IMG/VR virus record: IMGVR_UViG_3300028189_000014
Coordinates: 1-62,200 of that record
DNA from: a virus
Lineage: Duplodnaviria > Caudoviricetes
Strand: one strand, 5' to 3'
DNA length: 62,200 nt
The notes below the pieces were generated by a model. It did not search any database, was not told where the DNA came from, and was given only the letters and a program-made list of their open reading frames with translations. The position numbers and the translations under genes were made by a program. This document shows, in pieces, positions 48,104-58,682 of the stretch. Each line of letters starts with the position of its first letter. The stretch's first letter is position 1.

Positions 48104-48952
48104 ATGAATAAAGATAATTTAATAATGATACGTCTGTACCAAGCAAAATGGGCAGGACGACGTTTCGATGGCAAAGCTAGTGCCAAAATAGCAAAAGATG
48201 CAGGTGCAGCACCGGACACGGTTCGCGCTAATAAACTGATTGTCCCTGAAGCCGTAATAAAACCCACCGATTTACATTGGGGCATGATGAAGAAATGGTT
48301 TTACGAACAAACGTCGCCCTTCTATGACACCGGATGGCGAGTACGTCCAATGCACGACTTTCTAACGTTCAGAAAAGAATACACGCAATATAAAGACGAA
48401 GCTGAAAAATTAGTTAACACTTTAATAACTACAACGTACCCAGAAGCTGTCGCTAATGCAGAAGCTCGCATGGGAGACTTATACAACTCTGCAAACTACC
48501 CAAATCCCGAAGACCTTCGTGATTGCTTTGAGATCGAAATAGACCTTCAACAAATACCCGCAATTACTCATAACTGGCTTACTAAGTTAGACGAAGAATC
48601 TAAAATAATAGTCGATAACACCACTAAGAAAGCAGAAACCAACGTCGCTCAAGAACCTTGGCTACGTTTATACACCCCCCTAAATAGATTACAAAGTGCT
48701 CTAAGTACTCGCGTAGGCGAGAAAGGCTCTGTCTTTAAAAACAGTACTGTAGAAACACTACCCACAATATGCGATACCGCTGTATCTATTGCTGTGGATC
48801 CTAATGACACAGACCTACAGGATGCCGTATACAAAATACGCAATGACATAGCTGTAGCAGATACTAAGAAGCTACGAACCGAAGCAGCGTATAGAGCCTT
48901 CGTACTACGTCAAATCACTAACGTTCTGAAAATAGTGAAAAACAACATATAG
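48104..48952 (+). CDS. Hypothetical helical protein of the AAA/vWA module (DUF3150-like)
   Basis: W.GRRFD, ANKLI, TSPF...GWR, GDLYN..NYP. Confidence 0.6.
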   Translation: MNKDNLIMIRLYQAKWAGRRFDGKASAKIAKDAGAAPDTVRANKLIVPEAVIKPTDLHWGMMKKWFYEQTSPFYDTGWRVRPMHDFLTFRKEYTQYKDEAEKLVNTLITTTYPEAVANAEARMGDLYNSANYPNPEDLRDCFEIEIDLQQIPAITHNWLTKLDEESKIIVDNTTKKAETNVAQEPWLRLYTPLNRLQSALSTRVGEKGSVFKNSTVETLPTICDTAVSIAVDPNDTDLQDAVYKIRNDIAVADTKKLRTEAAYRAFVLRQITNVLKIVKNNI

Positions 48953-48961
48953 GAGGACTAA

Positions 48962-50128
48962 ATGGCTGCCCCACGTAGAATTAAAAAAGCAAAAAACGTT
49001 AAGCAATACGACCGTATGGCTAAAGCCCGAACACGTCTTATCCTCGACGAACCTTTTTTTGCCACCTTACTCCTTAAACTCCATTTAATAGAAGACACAT
49101 CCATCCCTACTGCCGCAACTGATGGCAGAGTAATTCTATATAGTCCTGAATATACAGAGACGATAACCGACGCAGAATGCGTAGGGCTATTAGCTCACGA
49201 ACTCATGCATTGTGTGTTCTACCATATGACGCGTCGAGGTCATAGGACTCCCTATAGATATAATTTAGCCGGAGACTACGTAATAAATCCCGGAATTACA
49301 GCATCAGGTATGACTTTGCCCCCCGGGGCCTTGGACGACCCTCAGTATTACAACATGACCACAGAACAAGTATACGACTTACTCCCCGAGGACGAGGAAG
49401 GCAATAACCCGATTGGCCCTGATGGATTTCCTCAAGATTTCCCACCAACTGACTGGGTGTTCGATGACAGCAAAGCCGCTATGTCCCCAGCTGAGAAAAG
49501 CCGCGTTGAAGAAGAATGGGAGCTTAATGTACAAGAGGCCGTACGAAATGCAGAAGCTGCAGGAAAAATGCCTGCAGGACTCGAATCTATTATTGAAAGT
49601 TTTGGTAAGCCCCAAGTTAATTGGCGCGCTGCACTACGACGATTCTTCACCGTGTATTCAAAACGCGACTATTCATGGAGCAAAGTAAAACGCCGTTTAA
49701 TCTCACAAAATATTTACCTTCCAAGTCTACACTCAGAAGATTTAGACAATCTCGTTATCGGCGTTGATACCTCTGGTTCTGTCTCCGATGAAGAACTTGC
49801 CTTATTCAGCGATGAAATCAACAGCATACTCGTGAATTTTACAGCTACTGTCACTGTAATCTATTGTGATTCCGTAATACAAGAAGTTGAAACTTTTGAA
49901 ACTGATGAATTACCCAGAGCTTTAAGTGATGAATTCCCCGGACGAGGAGGTACTAGACTTACACCTATTCTTGAATATATAGAGACCATGAATTTAGATC
50001 CTAGTTGCATGGTGTATCTAACCGATGGAGGGATATGGGACAACCCACCTGCCCCATCATACCCTGTGTTGATCGTAACTACAGACGAAGAAATTTCAAT
50101 TGGCGAAAACATAAAAATGGAGCGGTGA
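48962..50128 (+). CDS. Metallopeptidase + vWA protein (DUF2201-like)
   Basis: TAATDGR, LAHELMH, MIDAS DTSGS, GRGGT, YLTDG. Confidence 0.9.
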   Translation: MAAPRRIKKAKNVKQYDRMAKARTRLILDEPFFATLLLKLHLIEDTSIPTAATDGRVILYSPEYTETITDAECVGLLAHELMHCVFYHMTRRGHRTPYRYNLAGDYVINPGITASGMTLPPGALDDPQYYNMTTEQVYDLLPEDEEGNNPIGPDGFPQDFPPTDWVFDDSKAAMSPAEKSRVEEEWELNVQEAVRNAEAAGKMPAGLESIIESFGKPQVNWRAALRRFFTVYSKRDYSWSKVKRRLISQNIYLPSLHSEDLDNLVIGVDTSGSVSDEELALFSDEINSILVNFTATVTVIYCDSVIQEVETFETDELPRALSDEFPGRGGTRLTPILEYIETMNLDPSCMVYLTDGGIWDNPPAPSYPVLIVTTDEEISIGENIKMER

Positions 50129-50130
50129 AC

Positions 50131-51054
50131 ATGAGCAATACACTTTTAACTAAAATAGCCACCCAAAAACAAGAACTACACGCTTTGACGCTTGATGGCA
50201 AAATATATAACCTAAATAAAGTCTACAAAGCATTTTTCACAGACCCGCACGGCTCAGAAACTCGTCGCTCGTTAGCTATAATTCGTCCGTTTCACCATAA
50301 CTCTCTTAATTCGACATGGCGTAATAATGTAATCGAAAATATACGAGTTACACAAAGTTTACGAGCAACACTACGTGATGAACGCGCTAAAATGTCTGCA
50401 GCTCAAAAACTTGTATTCGACCACATACCCAGTAAAAGAGTGCGTCGATTACTATACCCAGTATGGGAAACCCCTAAACCTATGCGCTCAGCAGCCTCTA
50501 AAAATATCGACAAAGTAGGCATATACTATACCTATATAAACCACACAGAAAAAACACCATCCCACATCATCATCCCTAAGACAGATCTTGTGTACATGGC
50601 AGACTACATACAAACTCGACAAACTTGTAAGACAGCCATTATTGCTGCCGAAGAGCTAACCGCTAATGACCTAGAGGATTATGAAGTATATAAAGTAGCG
50701 GTATTGAAAAAACAAAAAGACTCAACCGAATTACATATCGAACATCTATATGCAGCGATACTAAAAGGGCTACCCGAACAAAAAGAACGTGCCGTGGCAG
50801 ATATAGTTGTCTACGCAAAAAAACGTGAAAACTTAGACCAACGACTTAGCACTAAAGCTAATAGCATGCTTAACAAGCACTACAGCTACACAGACAATTA
50901 TTGGCAATATTTAAGATTCGTAGAAGAGTTAGGTCGTCAAATCCATTACAACGAATTCAAAATAGCAATACAAACAATAATAAATGTCCTAGACCCCTTG
51001 TCTTACGAATATAACATAGCTATAAATGCGCTCAAAAGCAGCGTATCCGAATGA
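50131..51054 (+). CDS. Hypothetical protein
   Basis: Likely start ATG 50131 after GGAG. Confidence 0.55.
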   Translation: MSNTLLTKIATQKQELHALTLDGKIYNLNKVYKAFFTDPHGSETRRSLAIIRPFHHNSLNSTWRNNVIENIRVTQSLRATLRDERAKMSAAQKLVFDHIPSKRVRRLLYPVWETPKPMRSAASKNIDKVGIYYTYINHTEKTPSHIIIPKTDLVYMADYIQTRQTCKTAIIAAEELTANDLEDYEVYKVAVLKKQKDSTELHIEHLYAAILKGLPEQKERAVADIVVYAKKRENLDQRLSTKANSMLNKHYSYTDNYWQYLRFVEELGRQIHYNEFKIAIQTIINVLDPLSYEYNIAINALKSSVSE

Positions 51055-51261
51055 TACCTTTAAAGAAGTTATGGCTTCGCCTCAAAAGGCATAGATGCTC
51101 CAGATTCATTAAATATTACGCTACAGGAGAGAAAGTATGTACTTCCTGCGGAGAAATTACTCCAATAAAAACGAAGTGACCTTAGTTGGAGCTTTGTTAC
51201 TACTCCCCCTATTCCTTTGCATTGGAGGTTTTTTAATCCTTAAATATCTAATAACAAAAAA

Positions 51262-53130
51262 ATGAAACTCATCCTAGATTTTGAAACCTTCTATAGCGTC
51301 CCTTATTCGCTGACTAAAATGACAACTATGGAGTATGTACGAGATGACCTATTCAAGATACACGGTGTAGGCATACAACTAGAAGATTGGTTAGCCCCAG
51401 AGTATATCTACGAGGAAGATGTCGAAGAAACCCTACGCGATATTTGGGAATCTCATGAAACAATAGAACTCGTCTGCCATAACACGCGTTTTGATGCTTA
51501 TATCTTAGCCAGACGTTTTGGGTTATATGCCGATTTCTACTACGACACCATGAGCATGTCAGCAGGACTATTCCCGGGGCAGAAAAGTAACTTAGCTAGT
51601 CTATGTGGACGCTTATGGCCCTCTGATCCAACTATGCAAAAGGGTGAAGAATTAAAACAAACTAAAGGAATTGAAGATTTATCGCCTGAGCTCAGTAAAA
51701 CCCTTGGAGACTATTGCATTCAGGACGTACGTATCACACAAACGGCATTTGATCTGATGGTTGAAAACTATCCCCAAAGAGAACTAACCTTAATCGACCT
51801 GCATATACGAATGTTCGTAAACCCTAAGTTTATACTAGACCGTAAAACAGTCGAAGAATTTTTAGCCGAAGAACAACGCATCCAAACAGATTTAGTAGCA
51901 GCCTCAGGATATACAGCTAAACAGTTAGGATCTAATCCACAGTTCGCCGAAATCCTAGAGTCTCTAGAAATCCCAATCCCTAAAAAAATATCACCTACAA
52001 CAAACAAAGAAACTTTCGCCTTTGCTAAAAACGATATTAATTTCCAAGAACTTCAAACCTCAAACCCACAATTTAAACATATATGGGACGCTCGTTTAGC
52101 AGTTAAGAGCACAATAAATCGTACTCGAGCAAAACGGATGCTAAACGCTGCAGACCCCTATACTAATGAGTTAGCAGTAGCGCTTAAATACTATGGTGCA
52201 CACACCGGACGAGCTTCTGGAGCTGAAAAACTTAACTTCCAGAACTTACGTAGAGGCTCTATCCTAAGACGCGCACTACACGCACCAGAAGGCCACAGTG
52301 TAGTAGTTGTTGACTCCGCACAAATCGAAGCGCGAGTCTTAGCGTGGGTATCAAACCAACTAGAATTATTGCAATTATTCGCTGACGATATAGACGTATA
52401 TTGCGCTTTCGCCAACCACATCTACCCCGACAAGGTACCCGTGACTAAAGAACAAAACCCTCTGGAACGCTTTGTAGGTAAAGTTGCTATTTTAGGCTTA
52501 GGATACGGTATGGGATGGCGTAAATTCCAAAAAACATTAGAAGCCGGTGCCTTAGGTGCTGACCCACTACTAATCACTGATAGCGAAGCTGAAAAAATCG
52601 TACAGACATACCGAAGAGCAAATTACATGATCCAAGGCTATTGGGGTACTGCAAGTAAGATGCTGTTTGCTATGATGCAGAAAGGCAAACCCCCTATACC
52701 GTGGGGGCCTTTAATGGTCACACACGAACAAATACTACTCCCTAATGGTATGGCTTTGAAATACCCAGGGCTTAGAATTGTAGATGGAGAGAACGGACGC
52801 GAGCTCGTTTACAACCTCACGCTACCTTCATCTGCTACAGATAAAGAGATGATCGAAAGTAAATCTACTGTACGTACATATGGAGCAAAAATGGTCGAAA
52901 ATATAGTACAGGCGCTAGCCAGAATTATCGTTATGGATCAAATGCTCGAAATAAATGAAAAATATCCCGTTGCATTAACTGTACATGATGAGGTGGTCTG
53001 TATTGTACCTAATGAGACAGCTTCGGACGCATTTGAGTTCATGCTCAAAGTTATGAAGACCCCACCCGACTGGGCTCCTAACCTACCGCTGGATGCGGAG
53101 GGCGGGGTCGACTATTGTTATTCGAAATAA
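51262..53130 (+). CDS. Family A DNA polymerase with 3'-5' exonuclease
   Basis: DFET, HNTRFD, YCIQDV; DSAQIEAR, RFVGKVAILGLGYG, TVHDE. Confidence 0.95.
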   Translation: MKLILDFETFYSVPYSLTKMTTMEYVRDDLFKIHGVGIQLEDWLAPEYIYEEDVEETLRDIWESHETIELVCHNTRFDAYILARRFGLYADFYYDTMSMSAGLFPGQKSNLASLCGRLWPSDPTMQKGEELKQTKGIEDLSPELSKTLGDYCIQDVRITQTAFDLMVENYPQRELTLIDLHIRMFVNPKFILDRKTVEEFLAEEQRIQTDLVAASGYTAKQLGSNPQFAEILESLEIPIPKKISPTTNKETFAFAKNDINFQELQTSNPQFKHIWDARLAVKSTINRTRAKRMLNAADPYTNELAVALKYYGAHTGRASGAEKLNFQNLRRGSILRRALHAPEGHSVVVVDSAQIEARVLAWVSNQLELLQLFADDIDVYCAFANHIYPDKVPVTKEQNPLERFVGKVAILGLGYGMGWRKFQKTLEAGALGADPLLITDSEAEKIVQTYRRANYMIQGYWGTASKMLFAMMQKGKPPIPWGPLMVTHEQILLPNGMALKYPGLRIVDGENGRELVYNLTLPSSATDKEMIESKSTVRTYGAKMVENIVQALARIIVMDQMLEINEKYPVALTVHDEVVCIVPNETASDAFEFMLKVMKTPPDWAPNLPLDAEGGVDYCYSK

Positions 53131-53190
53131 AAAGGACTATTATGAGATACTGCCAAAATATAAGCAGTACTTATACGCCAAGGGGACATT

Positions 53191-55668
53191 ATGCCGAAAA
53201 TCACATTCTTAGAGGCAGCTAACAGAACGCGCCTATCGAAAGAATTCTCAAAACAAGGTAAGCAATCTTACCCCATGTATGTAAATAAATTTACTTCACA
53301 CATACATGACATCCCCGCTACCAATGTAGGGTGGGATACCCAATACCAACTAATGAAAAAACATGCTCCTTTAGGACACTGCTTGCTTAAAGGTCAACTC
53401 GACAGACCTTTGGTTAACGAACCCCGCAAAGGACACACAGATCGTTACCAAAAAACTGAAACCTTAGTCCTAGATATCGACGGACTCGAACTCGAAGGAT
53501 ATACGATACCTGAAAGTATAAGCAGTACTGATATTAAAGATATTGCCGAACGAATCGTAAAACTATTACCCCCTATATTCTCTAACTCCTCATACATAGC
53601 CACAGCATCAGCTTCGTTAGGTCTTAAACAAAACCTAATCTGCATGCATTTAGATTTCTACTTATCCGCAGAAGTAAATCCAATGCGATTAAAAGACTGG
53701 ATCACTTGGTTAAATCTAAACATCAAAGATTTTAGTACTCAGGTGTCCCTTAATACTTCAGGGCTCAGTTTATCCTACCCCATTGATAGAACATTAGCTC
53801 AAAACGATAAACTAATATATTGTGCACCCCCTACATTCATACCTCCTTTGATTGACCCTGTAGAAGAACGTATCGTCTTAGTTAAAAAAGATAATCCTAC
53901 AGTAGATATCTCAATATTATTGAAGCAGGTAAATGTCGAAGCTAACACCCAAGCGATTAAAGATACAGTCATCGCCTTACGTAAATCAGCAGGACTAAAA
54001 CGACGCACCCCCAAAACTAGATATGTTACCTTAGAGGACGGACATAAAACCGAAGTCTTAGAGAACCCAGATCAAGCACGAATTACTTACGCCTACCACA
54101 CTATAGAATACTGCTACTTCAATATTAATAATGGTGACAGTAACGCGTATTGGTGCCCCATAGGCAACCCACGTATCGTCTACACTTTCAAAGACGAGCC
54201 CCCATTTGAAATGCAGCGAGTAGATGCTGATTTCCACGAATGGTATACCGAAGAATTTAAAGATGAAATACGCGGTGCTGCGAACCTACGCCCTTTCATC
54301 TTTAGAGATTTCTGGACTGACGTGCACTATAACGCAGTGTTCGATGAGAATAATAACAACATTCCTCGTATCGCTTCAGCAAATAAATCCAATCTAGGCG
54401 ACTTCATGTTAGAGCATGGTTTGGCTATGCCCGAACCTATCCCGACATGGGATTATGTATTCGATCCATCAACTGATAAGCAGATAGATTTCCAACGACA
54501 GTGGCTTAATAAATACCAACCAACAGACTATCTACTTAATGCTAAGCCTCTTGAGAATATAGAACTAACTTATGGAGACGCTACATTACTGCAGAATTAT
54601 TGCCCTACTATATATAAAATAATATGGCATCTGGTCGGTGACAGCTCCTTAGAATATGAACATTTCATAAACTGGCTAGCCTATGGTGTAAAACGTCGAT
54701 GTAAAACTACAACCGCATGGGTCTTCAGTGGAGTAGAAGGCACAGGTAAAGGAGTCTTCTACCATAAAGTATTAGTACCCCTAATCGGGAACCGCTACTC
54801 GGTCATGCGAAAACTATCTGATTTTGACGATCAGTTTAATGCGTGGCAAGAGACCAACTTAATCACTGTGGTGGATGAAGCGCGTATAAATGACGTAGCC
54901 TCATCATCTCGCACGATGAACTTCCTGAAGAATTTTATCACCGAGCCTTATGGCAAGGTACGTGTGATGCGTGTCGATAGTCTAGTGGATAAACCGCTAT
55001 ATAACAACGTTATGTTCTACACGAATAATCAAGATGCTTTGAAGCTATCAGCTACAGATCGACGCTTTAATATAGGCATACATCAAGAGCTCTCATTAAT
55101 CCGTGCATATCCTAAAATTAGACAGGAAATAGATGACTTATTACCTAAAGAATTGCAGATATTCACTAATTTCCTGACCACCTATAGTGAAGACGAGGAT
55201 CAAGCACGCACTCCTTTAGAGAACGAAGCCAAATTGCAAATGCGCGAAGCGAGCATGACGTGGATAGAAGAGTATAGCTTCGCTATTAGAACAGGGAACT
55301 TAGACTTCTTCGTAAAATTCGTTGATATGGAACCTACAGCCATAAATGAGATCACCACTTTCGAAGCAGCTCAACGATTTATAAAAAGCTGGATAGCCGA
55401 TGTAGATCAACGGAAATCGTTCGTCACTGTAGCCCAACTACGAACGGTATATACCTGCTTAAACGACGCAACTATATCAGCTGTGAAATTCGGAAAATTA
55501 TTAGCCCGTAACGGAATAATTACCATTAATAGGCGGGGGAAAGGCCGAGGACTTGTTGTTGACTGGAAACTTGATACCTACGAACGCACCCCTTTAATCA
55601 ACGAACACTTCTCAGATCGAGATAAGGAAGCATACAAATGTCAGAACGAACCACAACAGACGCACTAG
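53191..55668 (+). CDS. Primase-helicase-like protein
   Basis: VLDID and MHLDF prim-pol-like motifs; GVEGTGKG Walker A, VVDE, DRRF. Confidence 0.8.
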   Translation: MPKITFLEAANRTRLSKEFSKQGKQSYPMYVNKFTSHIHDIPATNVGWDTQYQLMKKHAPLGHCLLKGQLDRPLVNEPRKGHTDRYQKTETLVLDIDGLELEGYTIPESISSTDIKDIAERIVKLLPPIFSNSSYIATASASLGLKQNLICMHLDFYLSAEVNPMRLKDWITWLNLNIKDFSTQVSLNTSGLSLSYPIDRTLAQNDKLIYCAPPTFIPPLIDPVEERIVLVKKDNPTVDISILLKQVNVEANTQAIKDTVIALRKSAGLKRRTPKTRYVTLEDGHKTEVLENPDQARITYAYHTIEYCYFNINNGDSNAYWCPIGNPRIVYTFKDEPPFEMQRVDADFHEWYTEEFKDEIRGAANLRPFIFRDFWTDVHYNAVFDENNNNIPRIASANKSNLGDFMLEHGLAMPEPIPTWDYVFDPSTDKQIDFQRQWLNKYQPTDYLLNAKPLENIELTYGDATLLQNYCPTIYKIIWHLVGDSSLEYEHFINWLAYGVKRRCKTTTAWVFSGVEGTGKGVFYHKVLVPLIGNRYSVMRKLSDFDDQFNAWQETNLITVVDEARINDVASSSRTMNFLKNFITEPYGKVRVMRVDSLVDKPLYNNVMFYTNNQDALKLSATDRRFNIGIHQELSLIRAYPKIRQEIDDLLPKELQIFTNFLTTYSEDEDQARTPLENEAKLQMREASMTWIEEYSFAIRTGNLDFFVKFVDMEPTAINEITTFEAAQRFIKSWIADVDQRKSFVTVAQLRTVYTCLNDATISAVKFGKLLARNGIITINRRGKGRGLVVDWKLDTYERTPLINEHFSDRDKEAYKCQNEPQQTH

Positions 55669-55874
55669 AAACAAATTTCGAAGAGCTCTCAGAACGAGAT
55701 CAATTCGTCGCTATCAGCGCGATCCAGTTCATGGCTGATAATATTGGCGAAATACTAGATAGTGCCGAAGAACGCGGTGCTACTGGTGACGAACTCTTTG
55801 ATGATATTGATGACTTTATAAAAACAACACTTACGCAAATATACGGAACCCCAGACACAACCATCACCCACTAG
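55638..55874 (+). CDS. Small acidic protein
   Basis: AAGGA RBS; D/E-rich. Confidence 0.55.
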   Translation: MSERTTTDALETNFEELSERDQFVAISAIQFMADNIGEILDSAEERGATGDELFDDIDDFIKTTLTQIYGTPDTTITH

Positions 55875-55882
55875 GAGGCCCT

Positions 55883-56572
55883 ATGGCTGAAGAAGAACGT
55901 ATACCTACTTGGTCATACTCAGCGTTATCTACTTTCGAGAAATGTCCTTTTCGGAGTTATCTACAGAAAATAAAGAAAATCCAAGAACCGCAACACCCTG
56001 CAGCTAAACGAGGAACTGATATCCACGATCAAGCCGAACGCTATGTACGTGGCGAGATCGAGTTCCCTAAATCCTTGAAGAAGTTTACAGATAGTTTTGA
56101 AACTCTACGTAAATTATTTGAAATAGGACAAGTCGAACTAGAGGGGGACTGGGGCTTTACTCAGGATTGGGAGATCTGTGAGTGGCGAGCTGAAGATGTC
56201 TGGGCACGTATTAAACTAGATGCTATGGTTCGGATGGACGATACATCAGCTAGAGTTATTGATTATAAAACAGGGCGTAAATTCGGAAACGAAATAGCAC
56301 ATGGACAACAAGCTCTTCTATATGCCATAGCTTCTTTCATACGCTATCCTGAACTAGAGTTTATACGTACTGAACTCTGGTACCTAGACCATGCCGCTGT
56401 ATCTGAACAAACCTACACACGCGCACAGGCTATGCTGTTCTATCCCCGCTGGGTAGAACGCGCCACCATCATGACTACGGCTACTGATTTCCCACCCAAA
56501 CCGTCCAAACAAGCCTGCAGGTGGTGTTCATACCGCACATCAGGCGATTGTGACTACGGTGTAGATTTATAA
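55883..56572 (+). CDS. PD-(D/E)xK Cas4/RecB-like exonuclease
   Basis: WSYS..STFEKCP, GTDIH, LD, IDYKTG, CRWC...C. Confidence 0.88.
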   Translation: MAEEERIPTWSYSALSTFEKCPFRSYLQKIKKIQEPQHPAAKRGTDIHDQAERYVRGEIEFPKSLKKFTDSFETLRKLFEIGQVELEGDWGFTQDWEICEWRAEDVWARIKLDAMVRMDDTSARVIDYKTGRKFGNEIAHGQQALLYAIASFIRYPELEFIRTELWYLDHAAVSEQTYTRAQAMLFYPRWVERATIMTTATDFPPKPSKQACRWCSYRTSGDCDYGVDL

Positions 56573-56586
56573 CTAAGGAGGATCTA

Positions 56587-56832
56587 ATGAACTTTGACAA
56601 ATATAGAAGAGCTTTTAAAGCACTTCAAGAAGATAAATTCGTAAAATATTCGACCCATGTAAGCTGTGCCTTAATGATCTTAGAAGCATTAAAACTATTT
56701 CTAAATTTCACTCTGGACTTTGTTTTATACATCGTCTTCTTCGGCATCCTACTTAAACTTATATGGACGATTATTACTTATGAAAGCGCATCTAATATAC
56801 AAGACGATCTCGGTACTATCCACAGTAATTAA
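56587..56832 (+). CDS. Small membrane protein
   Basis: AAGGAGG RBS; hydrophobic core. Confidence 0.5.
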   Translation: MNFDKYRRAFKALQEDKFVKYSTHVSCALMILEALKLFLNFTLDFVLYIVFFGILLKLIWTIITYESASNIQDDLGTIHSN

Positions 56833-56904
56833 AGCCCTACAATTAGCTAGTATGGTTGCTGAAGCGCGTCAGCATTTTAAATATAAAAAACATCGGAGAC
56901 GCTA

Positions 56905-58290
56905 ATGCTACCTTTATACGAGCACCAGCAACAAACTGTCGATTTTCTGGCGAAAGCTCCTCGAGCATTGATTACGTCAGATCCTGGCACTGGGAAAACT
57001 CGAGCGGTATTAGAGCGATACTACCAAGCTCGTATAAATAAAGAATCTTACGGACGTATGCTAGTATTAGCCCCGTTATCTATATTAAAACCTTCATGGG
57101 GGGATGATATAGATACTTTCACCCCGGGGCTAACCTATTCGATAGCTTATGCAAAGAATCGAATGCAAGCATTCCAAATGAACACTGATATAGTGATAAC
57201 AAATCACGACGCAGTTAAATGGATCGCTAATAATGCAGAAGATATATTGCAGCGATTCGAATGGCTAGTAATTGATGAATTCACTGCATACAAACGCAGA
57301 ACGAGCCAACGAAGTAAAGCAGCCGCTTATATCCGAGAAGCCTTTAAATACAGAATAGCTCTTTCAGGAACCCCTAACTCGAACACTATTCTAGATATAT
57401 GGCACCCTACTCTTATAGTAGATGACGGTGAACGCCTAGGACAACAATTCTTCAGCTTTAGAGCACAAGTTTGTGAGCCTAAACAAGTAGGCGCGGGAAC
57501 TCATATGGTGCAATGGCTAGACAAAGAAGATGCAGAAGCCCGAGTTGCTGCATCCCTTAAAGATATCACTATCCGCCATCGGTTCGAAGACTGTCTAACC
57601 ATACCCCCTAACACCAAGAAACTAATATACACCGACCTCTCTAAGAAACAGGCGAAAGCCTACAACGAACTAAAACGAGATGCTTTGCTAGAACTCGATA
57701 ATGGCGATTATCTCGAAGCCATCCACGCAGGAGTTCTAGTAAAAAAACTACTGCAAGTAGCGAGCGGTGCGGTATACGATAACGAAGGAAACTCTCATGT
57801 TATAGATACCGCCCGTTATGAACTAATTATATCGCTTATAAAAGAACGAACCCATTCTATAGTAGCTTTTAACTGGACACACGAACGCGACGCTTTATGT
57901 AAATTAGCAGATAAAGAAGGACTAACATTTGCTGTAATAGATGGGTCAGTGAGTATATCTGAACGTACTGAGATTGTGAAACACTACCAAAAAGGAGCCT
58001 ACCAAGTGCTCTTTGCCCACCCACAATCAGCAGCACACGGGCTTACTCTAACGAAAGGTGTCACGACTATATGGGCGAGTCCGACATATAACGCTGAGCA
58101 CTTCCAGCAATTCAATAGGAGGATATATCGCGCAGGACAAACAAAAAAAACAGAAACCATATTGATCGCTGCACGAGGGACATGGGAAGTAGCCGTCTAT
58201 GACAAACTAGACGGTAAGTTAAATCGTATGGATTCTTTATTAAATTTATTTAAACAACTAACGGAGTTGGAAGATGGAAACAATAGGTGA
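56905..58290 (+). CDS. SNF2-like SF2 helicase
   Basis: DPGTGKT, IDEF, LSGTP, HGLTL, QFNRRIYRAGQ. Confidence 0.9.
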   Translation: MLPLYEHQQQTVDFLAKAPRALITSDPGTGKTRAVLERYYQARINKESYGRMLVLAPLSILKPSWGDDIDTFTPGLTYSIAYAKNRMQAFQMNTDIVITNHDAVKWIANNAEDILQRFEWLVIDEFTAYKRRTSQRSKAAAYIREAFKYRIALSGTPNSNTILDIWHPTLIVDDGERLGQQFFSFRAQVCEPKQVGAGTHMVQWLDKEDAEARVAASLKDITIRHRFEDCLTIPPNTKKLIYTDLSKKQAKAYNELKRDALLELDNGDYLEAIHAGVLVKKLLQVASGAVYDNEGNSHVIDTARYELIISLIKERTHSIVAFNWTHERDALCKLADKEGLTFAVIDGSVSISERTEIVKHYQKGAYQVLFAHPQSAAHGLTLTKGVTTIWASPTYNAEHFQQFNRRIYRAGQTKKTETILIAARGTWEVAVYDKLDGKLNRMDSLLNLFKQLTELEDGNNR

Positions 58291-58642
58291 ACTTATTGAA
58301 CAACTTAGAAAAAAACGTGAAGAACTAACTAAACTAGAAACTACTAAAAAAGGACTCTCGAAGGATAAAATAGTTCTAGAAGGTAAATTACTAGAGGCGA
58401 TGGATAGTCAAAACATAACTTCGATGCGGGGTGATAAAGCGACTGTATCTATTTCAGAAGCGGTGGTACCAACTGTTGATAGTTGGGATGATTTCTACAA
58501 TTACATACTAGAAACTAAGCAACCATATTTACTAGAACGCAGACCTGCTGTCACAGCTTTTAGAGAAATACTAGAGACAGGAAATGAAGTCCCCGGACTT
58601 AAACCTTTTACACGAAGAACAGTTAACTTTCGTTCTAGATGA
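58274..58642 (+). CDS. Conserved-looking phage protein (coiled coil)
   Basis: VDSWDDFY.YI, LLERR, VPGL. Confidence 0.65.
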   Translation: METIGELIEQLRKKREELTKLETTKKGLSKDKIVLEGKLLEAMDSQNITSMRGDKATVSISEAVVPTVDSWDDFYNYILETKQPYLLERRPAVTAFREILETGNEVPGLKPFTRRTVNFRSR

Positions 58643-58682
58643 TGATAATATAAGCAGTGCTAATAAACACTAAGGAATACTA

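Noticed and set aside
55883-56572. Cas4 as part of a CRISPR system
   Set aside because: Solo Cas4-like exonuclease in a replication module; no array or other cas genes
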